Made by a program: the position numbers and the translations under genes. A stretch of DNA of 64,000 nucleotides, taken from NCBI GenBank assembly GCA_951406725.2, contig OX597830.1, positions 73,470,001 through 73,534,000 on the forward strand. The letters run 5' to 3'. A model generated the notes under the pieces. It ran no database searches and had not been told where the DNA came from. It worked only from the letters and a program-made list of their open reading frames with translations. Each line of letters starts with the position of its first letter. Position 1 is the first letter of the stretch. This DNA is from Octopus vulgaris (taxonomy: Eukaryota). Of the stretch, positions 27,430 through 40,694 are shown in pieces.

Positions 27430-28229
27430 TGTGTGCCTGCGTGCGCACACAATATAGATTGATCGCTTATTTCTCTAGGATTGATTAGGTGATGTTGACA
27501 CTTCTGATGTGAACCTGATGAGGTTTGAAAGTTTTTTCAACGTTTTTCCTTTATCTACGGAGTAGTTAAATCTACCATGTTTGTATAGCTAACGTAGGTT
27601 TACCTTCTTACATATTTATCTATGTATATTTATGGGAATCTTTTTTGTTTTGCTGTACCTGAGGAAATTTTAAAACTTAATGAAAATTTTAAAATTTCGT
27701 GTAATGATGTAATTGTCTATGCTGAATCTCAGGAGAAAATTAACCGTTTACAGAAAAATTTTAAAAAAAAGTTACAGAGGTTTGAACTCTGATCATTTTT
27801 ATCCTCTCAGGAAACAGGATTTGGAAGCTGTCATTTTGTGCGTGACTGTACGTGTTGTCAGCTGTAAAGAAATGAAATATTGACGGAATTTTGTTTTACG
27901 CACGACATATAACCACTCATCACTTTTGGAAGTCTCAGAAAATTCTTTCGAATTTGTATTCTACACATGAGAATTCATACGGTCATTTAAAAACCGGGGA
28001 AAAAAACAATTTGGGTACGTGATTTAAAGCTTATTTGGCTGTTGTTTTTAGCACATCTCACGACCACCACATACATCATGTGTTCTAAGCATACGTCATG
28101 TGTACTAAGCATTTAACGAAGATAAACGAAAAATGACAACAAAAAAATGATTAAGCAACACATATTTTGTAGGTTTAAGCATTCTATAAACATTCAATGC
28201 GATAAAGAGAACATTACAAAATGAAGTAT

Positions 28230-28502
28230 TATCAAAATAACAAACCCGAAGGGCGCAACCTTCAAACAACGTATCATTCATAACTGACATTGACTCATTG
28301 CATCCTTTCCGAAAGCACCGCCGGTAGATGTTTCCACACCGAATATTTTTTGTTAATATAATGGGGTTTTTTTTTTTTTGTTTTTATCGCATAATTTTCT
28401 TTTAGGGATAACACCCTTCTCTTGCATGTAAGGAACCGCATCCGCCTCTGTTTTTAGCATCTCCATCTTATACGGAACGTTACATGAGCTGGGTGCGGTC
28501 AT
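28230..28502 (-). pseudogene. Merlin/IS1595-like transposase N-terminal remnant
   Basis: EADAVPYMQEKGVIPKRKLC, then frameshifted YRRCFRKGCNESMSVMNDTLFEGCAL, resembling the Merlin Zn-ribbon wRC...C....Si...t.FE. Confidence 0.5.
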
Positions 28503-29035
28503 AATATTTATGATTAAAAAAAACAGTAGAAAAAAAAGCGTACACAACGTAAAATATTTAAAAACAGCAACAGATGGGTATAAAATTCCCCAAAACCATA
28601 ATAGATAGGCAAAAGCAACAGCACAATAAAAACAGCATGTGGTTTAGAAGAAAATATATTTGTCAACACATGTGCTTCTCGCCAGAGAGAAGAGTTGTCA
28701 TGCTTAGCTTGTTACAATGGAAACAGGCACCTATATGCCTGTGGCTTTCGATTGGCTAAAAATACCGAGAATTTGCAAGCTTTAAAAGCTATTAAGTCTT
28801 TATTTATTTGTGGCGAGGGTGAATTTTATGTCAATGGTTACCATATAAACCTAAACCAATACACCAAATACGGAATTAGTTGGAATAAATATTGATGAAA
28901 TGGAAACGTAGCAGTCAAACAATAAAAAAAAATCCATTTATGTACAAATATAAACAATTAAATATTTGTATGTGTGTATGTGTATGTGTGCGTGTATACA
29001 AACATATACACACATGACAAATATCTAAATATCTA

Positions 29036-29122
29036 GTCCCACTTGGGCAAGTGTCTTCTACTATAGCCTCGGGCCGACTGGTGAGTCGATTTCGTAGACA
29101 GAAACTGAAAGAAGCCCGTCGT
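29036..29122 (+). mobile_element. SINE B fragment
   Basis: cttgggcaagtgtcttctactatagcctcgggccgac core. Confidence 0.8.
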
Positions 29123-29199
29123 ACATACATGCATACACACATACGCACACACACATACATACATATATACATACATACATACATACATACATACATACA

Positions 29200-29233
<34 letters not shown>

Positions 29234-29319
29234 CATACATACATACATACATAATACATACACACACACACACACACTCACAGGCACACACACACACATT
29301 TATATATATATAGTTCGTA

Positions 29320-29430
29320 TTTGTATTTGGTTTGCAAGATTCTTGATGTGAATTCGTGTGTTGAACAAAATTCTATTGAAACTTGGGAGGGGCATTATGT
29401 CAGTAATGATAAACACATGCACTGGTTCGG
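29320..29430 (+). mobile_element. Terminal fragment related to the 53.2-53.6 kb insert
   Basis: ttgcaagattcttgatgtgaattcgtgtgttgaa matches the reverse complement of 53543-53590. Confidence 0.55.
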
Positions 29431-29814
29431 TCCTTTATTGTTATTGTTTGTTAATGGGTTTGGCACTCCGTTAACCAATTTATCGATAAGATGTAATTTA
29501 CTAGTTTTTTAAATTCCTATGTTAAGCACTTTGGTTAAACAGTTAAGCGAAACCAATTGATACTGGGCTATCTACCCTCCGCTTTGTAGTTTTACAAATA
29601 GGGACGACTACTTTTTTTGGCGGGGGGTGGTATATTAGCTATATTCTCCGTGTGTGTTTACATATAGTGAGGGATGCGTCGCTTTGGCGAATTCTCACAC
29701 TAATTTCTAGCAAATAGGTGCGTATACCCTAACGAGGGCAGTAAGTAGCACCAGCTTAGCTAAAAATAAGAGTCATAAACCAGCTAAGCTGGTGGTTCTA
29801 AGTGCCCCCATGTC

Positions 29815-29852
<38 letters not shown>

Positions 29853-29938
29853 TCATTTTGCCTATATGGTTTTAAGCTTGGGGTCACTAATATTGTCACC
29901 TCTTATGAGTAATAATGTTCGTTATATATATATAGATT

Positions 29939-30034
<96 letters not shown>

Positions 30035-30045
30035 TATATATATTG

Positions 30046-30167
<122 letters not shown>

Positions 30168-30466
30168 ATACAAACTGGGATAAGAACGCAAAACATTTAG
30201 AAGACGATACAAAAAACACGGACGGGACATTCGAAGCCTTCACTCTTCAGTCAAGAACCGGATCATCCTCGCAATTTCGGCTGAATAATCTTGAGATTGC
30301 TCCAATCTGGCCAGCCCCATGGAAAATATAAGCTAAGCGCATTAGATTCCTTGGAAGAAAGCCTCGAATGTATACAAAACAAAGACGGAAAACGGACGAT
30401 GTTACACGAATATGAATACAAAAAAACGTGTGTGTGCGTGTATGTATGAATATATGTGTATATATC

Positions 30467-30605
30467 TAGGTGCTGGCGTGGCCGTATTGATAAGAAGCCT
30501 GTTTTCCAGCCACAGAATACCGAGTTCAGTCTTCTACTATAGCTTCAGGCCGACCAAAGCCTTGTGAGTTGATATGGTAGATGGAAACTGAAAGAAGTTC
30601 GTTGT
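30467..30605 (+). mobile_element. Diverged SINE B 5' half
   Basis: tcttctactatagcttcaggccgaccaaagccttgtgag core. Confidence 0.7.
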
Positions 30606-30641
30606 ATATGAATGTATATATACATATACATACATACATCA

Positions 30642-30693
<52 letters not shown>

Positions 30694-30715
30694 CACACAC
30701 ACACACACACATATT

Positions 30716-30947
30716 TAGGCGGCGAGCTTGCAGAAACGTTAGCACGCCGGGCGAAATGCTTAGCGGTATTTCGTCTGTCGTTACGTTCTGAGTTCAAATT
30801 CCGCCGAGGTCGACTTTGCCTTTCATCCTCTTGGGGTCAATAAATAAAGTACCAGTTTCGCACTGAGGTCGATGTAATCGATTTAATCCCTTTGTCTGTC
30901 CTTGTTTGTCCCCTCTATGTTTAGCCCCTTGTGGGTAGTAAAGAAAT
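30716..30947 (+). mobile_element. SINE family A
   Basis: Near-consensus monomer. Confidence 0.9.
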
Positions 30948-31671
30948 ATATATATATATATATAACTGTGTGTTGAACAAATTCTCTGCATAAGAAATGT
31001 GTTATCTCGTTTATCAATGACATTTCAAATACTTGTCCAGAAAGGTTAAAAAATTTAGAGTGTTTCCACAACAGAATAAAGTTACCGAACCATTGTTCTA
31101 TAAATGCATAAAATGAAGTTATTCCCCATGAATCTACTCTTCCAGTTTTCCTAATAAGAGGGAGGTAACTACGTAGTACTACATTTTCTATTATCTCCCT
31201 TGTTAAAAAAAACCCCCTTCATCGACTTAACTTTATCTTTTATTTTGCATCTATTTAAATCATGGACTGTGCCCATGCTGGAGCACAAGTTTCAAGGATT
31301 TAGGCGACCAAGTCCACCGGGATTTCTTAGTCTGTTATTTGTTCTATCGGTCTAGTTTGCCAACTCACTGATTTACGAGGGAGAAAAGACCCAATACTGG
31401 TTGTAAAGACTGAAAGCCTACATACATACATGCACATACACACACATACACACATACATACATACATACATACATACATACATACATACATACATACATA
31501 CATACATACATACATACATACATACATTGTCCTCCAAACATATGTATACACACAGTAAGAAAAGAAAACTTATAGAAATATCTATAACCTCTACAATTAC
31601 GAGAGGTACTCAAGACGGTGCCTGTTAGCTTCGAGACACGAATTACTACGGCGTACTGCTGTCTGAGTGAA

Positions 31672-31970
31672 TGCGCATGGCTCAGTGGTTAGAGCTTACG
31701 ATCGTGAGGTTGTGAGTTCGAATCCCAGACCGGGCTGCGTGTTGTGTTCTTGAGCAAGACACTTTATTTCACGTTGCTCCAGTTCACTCAGCTGTAGAAA
31801 TGAGATGCGACATCACTGGCACCAAGCTGTATCGGCCTTTGCCTTTCCCTTGGATAACATCGGTATGCATGGGCAACTGCTAGTCTTCCATAGAAACTTG
31901 CCCGGACTTGTGCCTGGGAGGGTAACTTGCTAGGTGCAATCCCATGGTCACTCATGACCGAAGGAGGTCT
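31672..31970 (+). mobile_element. SINE family C
   Basis: A box tggctcagtgg, B box gagttcgaatccc, ttgagcaagacactt body. Confidence 0.85.
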
Positions 31971-32174
31971 CAGCAACTGCTATTTGAGCAACACTGGCCA
32001 AAGTGTCCTGTATGATAGCTGCGCAATTCTTTTACATTTCTTCCCGAAGAACCGTCAATGTAAACGGTTTGAACTCAGAACGTGGTGACACAAAAAGTAC
32101 CTATTTCTTTACTACCCACAAGGGGACGAACAAGGGCAGACAAATGGATTAAATCGATTATATCGATTTCCTTT

Positions 32175-32505
32175 ACAGTGCCCCATAAATAAAAGTCTTC
32201 AGGTGTTTTAAATAAGAAGAATGTGCGGGAACCTAACCTCCATCTCTTCATTTTATCTAGTGTTCTTGTAAATACTCACCCAGGTCAACTCGCACAACTC
32301 GACTGTAGTGCGGTGATGCGCCGTCTTGTTGAAAGAAACAAAAATCATTATTTCCATAATGTGCACATATGGTAAGTAAAAAGGACGTATGTAGCATGTC
32401 TAGGTACGTTCGACCAGTAATATTACCTTCAAAGAAAATGGTCCTATTCAAATTTCGATGACATTCCATACTAGACACCGCCCCACACACAAATTCGACT
32501 TTAAC
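32175..32505 (-). mobile_element. Tc1-like transposon remnant
   Basis: FFEGNITGRTYLDML...FFQQDGASPHYSRVVR..L; terminus tacagtg. Confidence 0.75.
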
Positions 32506-32591
32506 ACGTGTATGTATGTATGTATGTATGTATGTATGTATGTATGTATGTATGTATGTATGTATGTATGTATGCATGTATGTATTATGTG

Positions 32592-32996
32592 TTACTTGTT
32601 TCAGTCATTTGACTGTGGCCATGCTGGAGCACCGCCTTTAGTCGAGCAAATCGACCCCAGGACTTATTCTTTGCAAGCCCAGTACTTATTCTATCGGTTC
32701 TCTTTTGCCGAACCGCTACTTTACGGGGACGGAAACATACCAGCATCGGTTGTCAAGCGATATTGGGGGGGGGGGACAAACACAGACACACACACATACA
32801 TACATACATACATATACATATACATACACACACACACAGACACACACACACACACACACACACATACACATATATATATATATTTATATGTACGACGGGC
32901 TTCTTTCAGTTTCCGTCTACCAAACACACGGCGCCACGCAGTGGGACTGAACCCGGAACTATGCGGTTCGTAAGCAAGCTACTTACCACACAGCCA
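32592..32996 (-). mobile_element. SINE family B with internal deletion
   Basis: Tail, internal microsatellite and head present. Confidence 0.85.
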
Positions 32997-33607
32997 TGCA
33001 GTAAAGACCGGAAACACTTAACGAGTTCAGGAAAGATCTCTACTGATGTATCAAGGTGTATCATAGAAAGATGCATAGAGAAAAACGCTAAAAGAATAAT
33101 GAGTAAATTTATCATATGTACAACGAATAGAGGGAAGATTTGAATTAAGCGTGATGCGGAAATATATACCTTTTAGTTGCATTATGTACATAACCATACA
33201 ATTTGTAAGAGACGTTGAAAGATTTATCCAAGAAAAGCAACTCTTCATATACTTTTAATAGATAGTGTATTTCTTTGTTTTCCTAAATTGTGTCCCTTGC
33301 ATCAACTTACGTGATCGAGAATTAAACTTGATTTTCCATTGAATCATCGATACCTTATGACAGGAAAAGCGAAGGATAGACAGTTAGCTAGATAGATAAA
33401 GAGAAAGAGAAGAAGAGAGAGAAAAAATATCAGTTTAAATAAAGCATAAAGAAAGAACCTTTAATACATAAAAAATTTTTAACAACTGTGAGTTAGAACT
33501 TTGATTTGTAATTTTTAAAACAATCTTAAAATTCGATTTATTTTAAAAAGAGAAACAAGTTAAGATTTGGAAATTTTCAGCAGCAGGGGTTCTTTTAATG
33601 TATTTGT

Positions 33608-33680
<73 letters not shown>

Positions 33681-33700
33681 CATCCATCTGTTTGTCAGTC

Positions 33701-33732
<32 letters not shown>

Positions 33733-33736
<4 letters not shown>

Positions 33737-35885
33737 TGATTGATTGATTGATTGATTGATGATTGATTGATTCTAGTTTCAGCTTATGAGCTGTGGCCAT
33801 GCTGGGGCACCGCCATTTGGTGTTGCTACTTGGTTTCACTTCATGGAGGCTTTCTAGCAACTGCTATTTGGTGCATGAGAGAGTTCGATGCAGCTGCCCT
33901 CATCTGCCCCTCCTGCCGTGAAGTTGGTTCATCTGGGACACCTGACAGGAAGAGATCCAGCTTCATTTTAAAGACATCTGTATCCACCCCATGCAGGTCT
34001 CTCAGGTTCTTCGGGAGGATATTGAAGAGCTGCGGGCCTCGGAAGCCCAGGCTATCACAGAATCTTGTCCTACATCTTGATGGCAGGTTTGGAGTCCTAG
34101 GCACCACGCAGTGGCGCCCAGTTCTGGCATTTGCGTAACTCTCGATGCCAAAGTTCAGGACACTTCCCTCCAGGATCTTCCAGATGTATATTATGGCATA
34201 TCTTTCCCGCCTACGCTCCAGGGAATATAATTTTAATCTCTTGAGTCTTTCCCAGTAGCTTACATTCTGCATAGAGGCTATCTTCTTTGTGTAGCTTCGT
34301 TGGATCGCCTCAAGTTCTGTGATCAACTTGACACTGGATGGTGACCATAGCTGAGAGCAATAGTCAAAGTGGCTTAGGACAAGTGTCTTCCAGAGGACCA
34401 TCATGGTTTCTTGTTCTCTTGTTCTAAAGGTTCTAAGAATCCATCCAGCCATCCGTCTACATTTCATTGTCAGTTTAGCAACATGTACATGAAAGGTCGC
34501 GTCATCACTCATGTGAATACCCAGGTCACGCACTGATTGTGCCTCTGGGATTGCAATCCCTCCGGGTCCAGTGTATTCATTGGGTATTGCATTCAGTTTT
34601 GCATGCTGATAGTATAAAGCTTGAAACTTTCCAGCATTGAACTGCATGCTATTCTTTTCAGCCCACTTGTATATTTCGTCCAGCTCACATTGCAGGTGTT
34701 TAGTGTCCTCAGGGTTCTGTATTGCCTGTGAAACTTTTGTATCATCTGCATAACTTGTGATCGTGGCTCTCTGCGTGACTGAGGGCATGTCTGAGAGGGC
34801 CATTATGAACAGTAGTGGTCCCAGAACAGTGCCCTGCGGAACACCGCTCACTATTTGTGTGTTAATGGAGGTGGCCCCATTGGCTACTACCACCTGACTT
34901 CTATCCTTCAGAAAGTCATGAAGCCATTCTCCCAGTTTTCCAACTATGTTGAGATCACGCAGTTTGTGACATATCATTCCATGATCGACTTTATCAAAGG
35001 CCTTTGCAAAGTCGAGATATATCACTTCCACATTTGAGTGGTTGAGCAGCCGTTTCAGAACCCAGTCATAGTGTTGTAGGAGCTGAGTTAAACAGCTTCT
35101 CCCTGGTCGGAAACCATGTTGGGTGTCGGACAGCAAGTCATTCTCTTCAAGGAAGGTGATCAGCTTCCTTCTGACTATTCGTTCCATGACCTTGCTGATG
35201 TGTGAGGTCAGAGAGATAGGTCTATAGTTCTTGGCTTCCGCTCTGCTACCTCCTTTATGAATGGGGCATATTTTACCTTCCTTCAGTTTTCCTGGAAGTT
35301 TGCCAGCTGCAAGGAAGCTCTGAAAGAGGAACTGCAGTGGTCTTGCTAGGACTCTCTTACATGCTTTTAGGAGGATTGCCGGGAATCCATCGGGGCCAGT
35401 AGCTGAGTCTGTTTTCATTTCATCTATAGCCTTGGTTACATCGTCTTCCTTTATATCGATGTAATCTATCGTCGCCGCCTCTGATTTTATATCTGCAGTG
35501 GTAAAAAAGTCAGTTGGATTGGTGATTTGGAGATGCCCAAGGGGTGGAGTGAAAACACTCTTGAATTGCTCATTCAGTATTTCACTTACCCTCATTGGTT
35601 TTCCTGTAAGTGTGCCATCCTTTTCGAGGAGTGGCCCTATTCTACAGTGCACTGTAGCTGTTTCTTTGGCATACCTGTAGAAAGCTCTGGGGTTAGATTT
35701 TATGTTTTCTATAGCCCAGGCTTCTTTGTCTGCTCTTTCTTTTTCATGGGAGAGTTGCAGACATTTTTCGATTTCCAACAGTTTTATTTTTAGGCGGGAC
35801 TTTTCACTGCTTTCAATCTGTTTGTTTAGGCGATTTGAAAATTTCGTACGCCGTCTCATTAAAATTTTCCTCTCTCTGGGGATTT
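33733..35885 (-). mobile_element. 5'-truncated CR1-group LINE with short 3' UTR and (AATC)n tail
   Basis: RT ORF ends at 33841; 3' UTR 33840-33772; (TTGA)n on + strand at 33733-33771; no APE endonuclease visible. Confidence 0.9.
33841..35885 (-). CDS. LINE ORF2 reverse transcriptase, partial, open frame
   Basis: [59 protein letters not shown] motifs; no stop over about 680 codons. The YIYI N-terminus of the computed ORF is only (TA)n read-through. Confidence 0.9.
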
Positions 35886-36019
35886 TTTTTTTTTTTACCT
35901 TGTTAACAATTAACACGGAAAAAATTTTTAAAATAGTTAACTCCATTTTTTTTTCATATATATATATATATATACGTATATACATATATACATATATATA
36001 TATATATACACACGCGCAC

Positions 36020-36215
<196 letters not shown>

Positions 36216-36247
36216 TCTAAAATAAGCAACAAGAATAACTCCGGTCA

Positions 36248-36335
36248 TTTGGTACGATCATTTCGCACTACATCATTTTGTTAAATGTTGTAAGTATTAC
36301 AACAGTTTTAAAATTCTGACCACTCATCAGCCATT
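36248..36335 (-). ncRNA. Type I hammerhead motif, degenerate stem II
   Basis: tgg-CTGATGA-g...c-GAAA-TGATCG-TA-cca; downstream ttcttgttgctt is shared with the 7.9-kb element; (TA)n follows. Confidence 0.55.
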
Positions 36336-37106
36336 TATAGAGGTTTTCCATTAATGCAAAATTTTCATATCAAGTGGTAACATTATAGAGAAGATAGATA
36401 TATAGACAAAGATGTGGATTTAAATTTTAAGAACATTTGAGGTAGTGGAGCCCATCAACTGACTGACTAAAATTCAGTTGTTCCGGACAACTGTAAGATT
36501 CTGAGAGAAAAGAACAAATGAAAGGAGACAATAAAGATTTTCTATTTATACAAATGGAGTGAAGGGGATGTCAGAGCTCCATATGAAATAATTTATGTAG
36601 AGAACAGGATTGTCACAACTAAAATGCCAAGTACTACTATTTGATGAACAGATTTTGCGTTAGGAGAACTAGGTCAATGTCAAGTGGTCACAATAACATT
36701 CACAGAGAATGCAGAGACCTTATAAAACCTATGCACATCATCACAACAATCAGCCTATAGTACTTTGACACGTTAGAATAAAGGAAAAAATATAGATCTA
36801 AAATTTATTCAATTTAGAGAAAAGACTATCACTTATTATGAGTAGGCATAGTGCCTATATATTTAAATATATATAGAAGCATATAAAACACACACACACA
36901 AACGTATATATACAATATATGTAAATCTTTATCGCGGGTTTCTGCGGTCGATAGGAATCTATACTTTTTTCACATTATAATTGTCTGGTAAAATAAGCAT
37001 TTCCGCGCCTAAGAGTAAACAAAGAATCACACTTACTGTATGGAAAACGAAACTTGGGAGACGAGTGTGAGGTCTTGTTTTGCATTTATAATAAAAGAGA
37101 TATATA

Positions 37107-37410
37107 AGGCGGCCATCTGGCAGAAACGTTAGCACGCCAGGCGAAATGTTTAGCGGTATTTCGTCTGCCGTTACGTTCTGAGTTCAAATTCTACCGAGGT
37201 TGACTTTGCCTTTCATCCCTTCGGGGTCGATAAATTAAGTACTAGTTACGCACTGGGGTCGATGTAATTGACTTTTTCCGTTTGTCTGTCCTTGTTTGTC
37301 CCCTCTAAGTTTAGCCCCGTGTGGGTAATAAAGAAACATATTGTAACGGCAGACGAAATACGGCTACGCATTTCGCCCGGCATGCTAACGATTCTGCTAG
37401 CTCGCCGCCT
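37107..37410 (+). mobile_element. SINE A followed by an inverted copy of a SINE A head
   Basis: 37343-37410 is the reverse complement of the ~70-nt head. Confidence 0.8.
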
Positions 37411-37640
37411 AAAGGAAGCGACGATAGTCAAACGTACATGCAGAGTACAAATAGATGAAACACAAAAAGTCAGCTCAGGAAACTGTAAATGATTTACCAA
37501 GAGGAAAGTATACGTTCCCTATTTCACGCGCCCTCAGTGAAACTTCATAGGTCTGATAGACCACTGTTGATCTGAAACTAAACATGAACAACAGTGGTAA
37601 CTACAATAGCAACAGTTAACAATTAATAATTCTGGAAATT

Positions 37641-37855
37641 AAGGCGGCGAGCTGGCAGAAACGTTAGCACGCCGGGCGAAATGCTTAGCAGTATTTCGTC
37701 TGCCTTTACGTTCTGAGTTCAAATTCCGCCGAGGTCGACTTTACCTCTCATTCATTCAGGGTCGATAAATTAAGTACCAATTGCGTACCGGGCTCGACCT
37801 AATAGACTGCCCCCTCCCCCAACATTTCGAGCCTTGTGCCTAGAGTAGTAAAGAA
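37641..37855 (+). mobile_element. SINE family A, alternative tail
   Basis: TSD aataattctggaaatt on both sides. Confidence 0.9.
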
Positions 37856-37992
37856 TAATTCTGGAAATTAGTTTGTGATTTGCGAAAAATAAGCCTTGTG
37901 AATCCCAAGCACTGTGCCTTTCATTTCGGCAGAATGCAGTCTGATCGGTAAAAATAAATATCTTCTCTATGTTGTAATATGTCGAATCATCC

Positions 37993-38058
<66 letters not shown>

Positions 38059-38856
38059 CTCTCTCTCACTCTCACTCTCTCTCTCTCTCCGTCTAAATCT
38101 TTTCGTCAGCATCAGAAATTACTTACTCGGAAAAAGGGATTACTGCAATGAAGAAAATATATTACAATATAAAGTTATCTCCCTTCATCTTGAACCCCTA
38201 ATCAATTACTTCCCTTGTATTTTCTGTTGAAGGTCCCATCGAAGTTGAAGTTGCCACCTATTCTTTCGGATTTGCTGTCGAAGTCATCTTTGTTTAGAAT
38301 TACGTTAATGGAAATATTCCTGCCATGAACATCCTGTCATTTTAGCCATATTCAAGACTACATAAAGCTCATGATCATTATGTCGCGAATTGAACTCCGG
38401 GGCCGGGCGGCACGCTGGATTTTTGAGCAAGACACCTAATTTCACGTTGCCCTAGACTGTTCAGCTGAGAATGAATACTAGCAGCTTACTCTCCTTCCAA
38501 CAGTTAGAGCGGGGTAAATCGCTGGATCAAGGACAGCAGAGCTGAGATAGTACTTAAAACAATTAGCGAAAGCATGGTACATATTACCGTGTCATAGTAA
38601 GTTGTGATCACGGCTTTGGTTAATATGTTTGGAGAACATTATCTAGAGCATTTTGCTGTTGTATTATGCGGCAAGGTTTGACTTGAAGTCGTGGCTGCCG
38701 TTTTTTTTTTTTTTTTTTCATCATTCACAACTCTTTCAGTACCAGTCATGCACTGAGGTCCATGCAATCGACTTGCGCGTCCTCACAAAATTTCAAGCGT
38801 TATGCCTATAGCAGAGAGAAGTACTACAGATTCCTAAGGCGGTGAGCTGGCAGAAT

Positions 38857-39622
38857 ACTTTTCTACGCTGGGTCGAAGGTCCGAAGTTTTTAGGGATGGG
38901 GTAAGTCGATTAGATTGACCCCAGTGCGCAACTAGTACATAATCAATTGACCACGAAAGGATGAAAGGCAAAGTCGACCTCGGCGGAATTTGAACTCAGA
39001 ACAGTAGAGGCAGACGAAATACCTATTTCTTTACTACTCACAAGGGGCTAAACACAGAGAGGACAAACAAGGACAGACAAACGGATTAAGTCGATTATAT
39101 CAACCCCAGTGCGTAACTGGTACTTATTTAATCGACTCCGAAAGGATGAAAGGCAAAGTCGACCTCGGCGGAATTTGAACTCAGAACGTAGAGGCAGACG
39201 AAATACCTGTTTCTTTACTACCCACAAGGGGCTAAACACAGAGAGGACAAACAAAGACAGACAAACGCATTAAGTCGATTATATCGACCCCAGTGCGTAA
39301 CTGGTACTTAATTTATCGACCCCGAAATGATGAAAGGCAAAGTCGATCTCGGCCGAATTTGAACTCAGAACGTAAAGACAGACGAAATACCTATTTCTTT
39401 ACTACCCACAAAGGGCTAAACACAGGGGACAAACAAGGACATACACACGGATTAAGTCGATTACATCGACCCCAGTGCGTAACTGGTACTTAATTTATCG
39501 ACCCGCAAAAGGATGAAAAGCAAAGTCGACCTCGGCGGAATTTGAACTCAGAACGTAACGGTAGAAGAAATACGGCTACGCATTTCGCCCGGCGTGCTAA
39601 CGTTTCTGTCAGCTCGCCGCCT
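38857..39622 (-). mobile_element. SINE family A tetramer nested in an older SINE A head
   Basis: Four tandem core units, one head; 15-bp TSD gtgagctggcagaat at 38842-38856 and 39625-39639. Confidence 0.9.
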
Positions 39623-39799
39623 TTGTGAGCTGGCAGAATTGTTAGCCCGTTCAACAAAGCACTTTGCGTTATTTCACCTGATCATTACATTCCGAGTTCA
39701 AATTCCACCGAAGTAGATTTTTGCCTTTCATACCTTCGTGGTTTATAAAATATGTAACGATTACGCACAGGGGTTAATATACTTGTTCTGATCCATGGC

Positions 39800-39990
39800 T
39801 CACTTCCTGCGATTCCGATGATTCACCAACCAAGTGGAGAGAAAAGCTTCAGTGATGGAGTTTTTCGCCTCGAAGGACAGTAACTGGTATCAGCATGGGA
39901 TCAAAGAACTGACAGAAAGATGGCTTCAGAGGATGCAACACGATGGCCACTGCTTTGAATGTTACGTTGTTTTTATTGTAACTTGACAAA
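39800..39990 (+). mobile_element. mariner transposase C-terminal remnant
   Basis: FASKDSNWYQHGIKELTERWLQRMQHDGHCFE. Confidence 0.65.
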
Positions 39991-40189
39991 TAAAACAATT
40001 AAATTACCACAATATTGTAAAATTTGTCTCAACACAATATTGTGAAAGATTTCTGTAATCAATTACTGAAGAGCGAATTTTTTTTCTTCAAAGTATTACG
40101 CTAACATTATAAATAGAATTTACCGCAAATCAAATTTTTCTGACACTCCTACTATTCTGTCAACTCCCCATTGTATCTTTCTGTTTTGA

Positions 40190-40611
40190 AAGGCGGCGAG
40201 CTGGCAGAAACGTTAGCACGCCGGGCGAAATGCTGAGCAGTATTTCGTCTGCCGCTACGTTCCGAGTTCAAATTCCGCTGAGGTCGACTTTGCCTTTCAT
40301 CCTTTCGTGGTTGATAAATCAAGTACCAGTTAAGCACTGGGGTCGATATAATCGACTTAATCCGTTTGTCTGTCCTTGTTTGTCTCCTCTATGTTTAGCC
40401 CCTTGTGGGTAATAAAGAAATAGAAATAGGTATTTCGTCTGCCGTTACGTCGTGAGTTCAAATTCAGCCCAGGTCGACTTTACCTTTCATCCTTTCGTGG
40501 TCGATAAATTAAGTGCCAGTTACGCACTGGGGGCGATGTAATCGACTTGACCCCTTTGTCTGTCCTTGTTTGTCCCCTCTATGTTTAGCCCCTTGTGCGC
40601 AGTAAAAAATA
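40190..40611 (+). mobile_element. SINE family A dimer
   Basis: 18-bp TSD attgtatctttctgtttt at 40170-40187 and 40612-40629. Confidence 0.9.
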
Positions 40612-40694
40612 ATTGTATCTTTCTGTTTTAAGTTCAAATACCACCGAGGTGGTCTTTGTATTGCTTCCTTTCGTCTATGGAGTAGAGGTCGATA

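Noticed and set aside
27518-27540. CTGATGA...GAAA hammerhead candidate
   Set aside because: No stems I-III can form.
30175-30420. PLE-like fragment with a possible ribozyme
   Set aside because: Looks repeat-derived, but no correctly arranged CUGANGA/GAAA core was found.
36438-36446. let-7-like tgaggtagt
   Set aside because: Only 9 nt match and no precursor hairpin.
38900-39600. CRISPR-like periodic array
   Set aside because: Whole ~180-bp units repeat with no unique spacers; it is a SINE concatemer in eukaryotic DNA.
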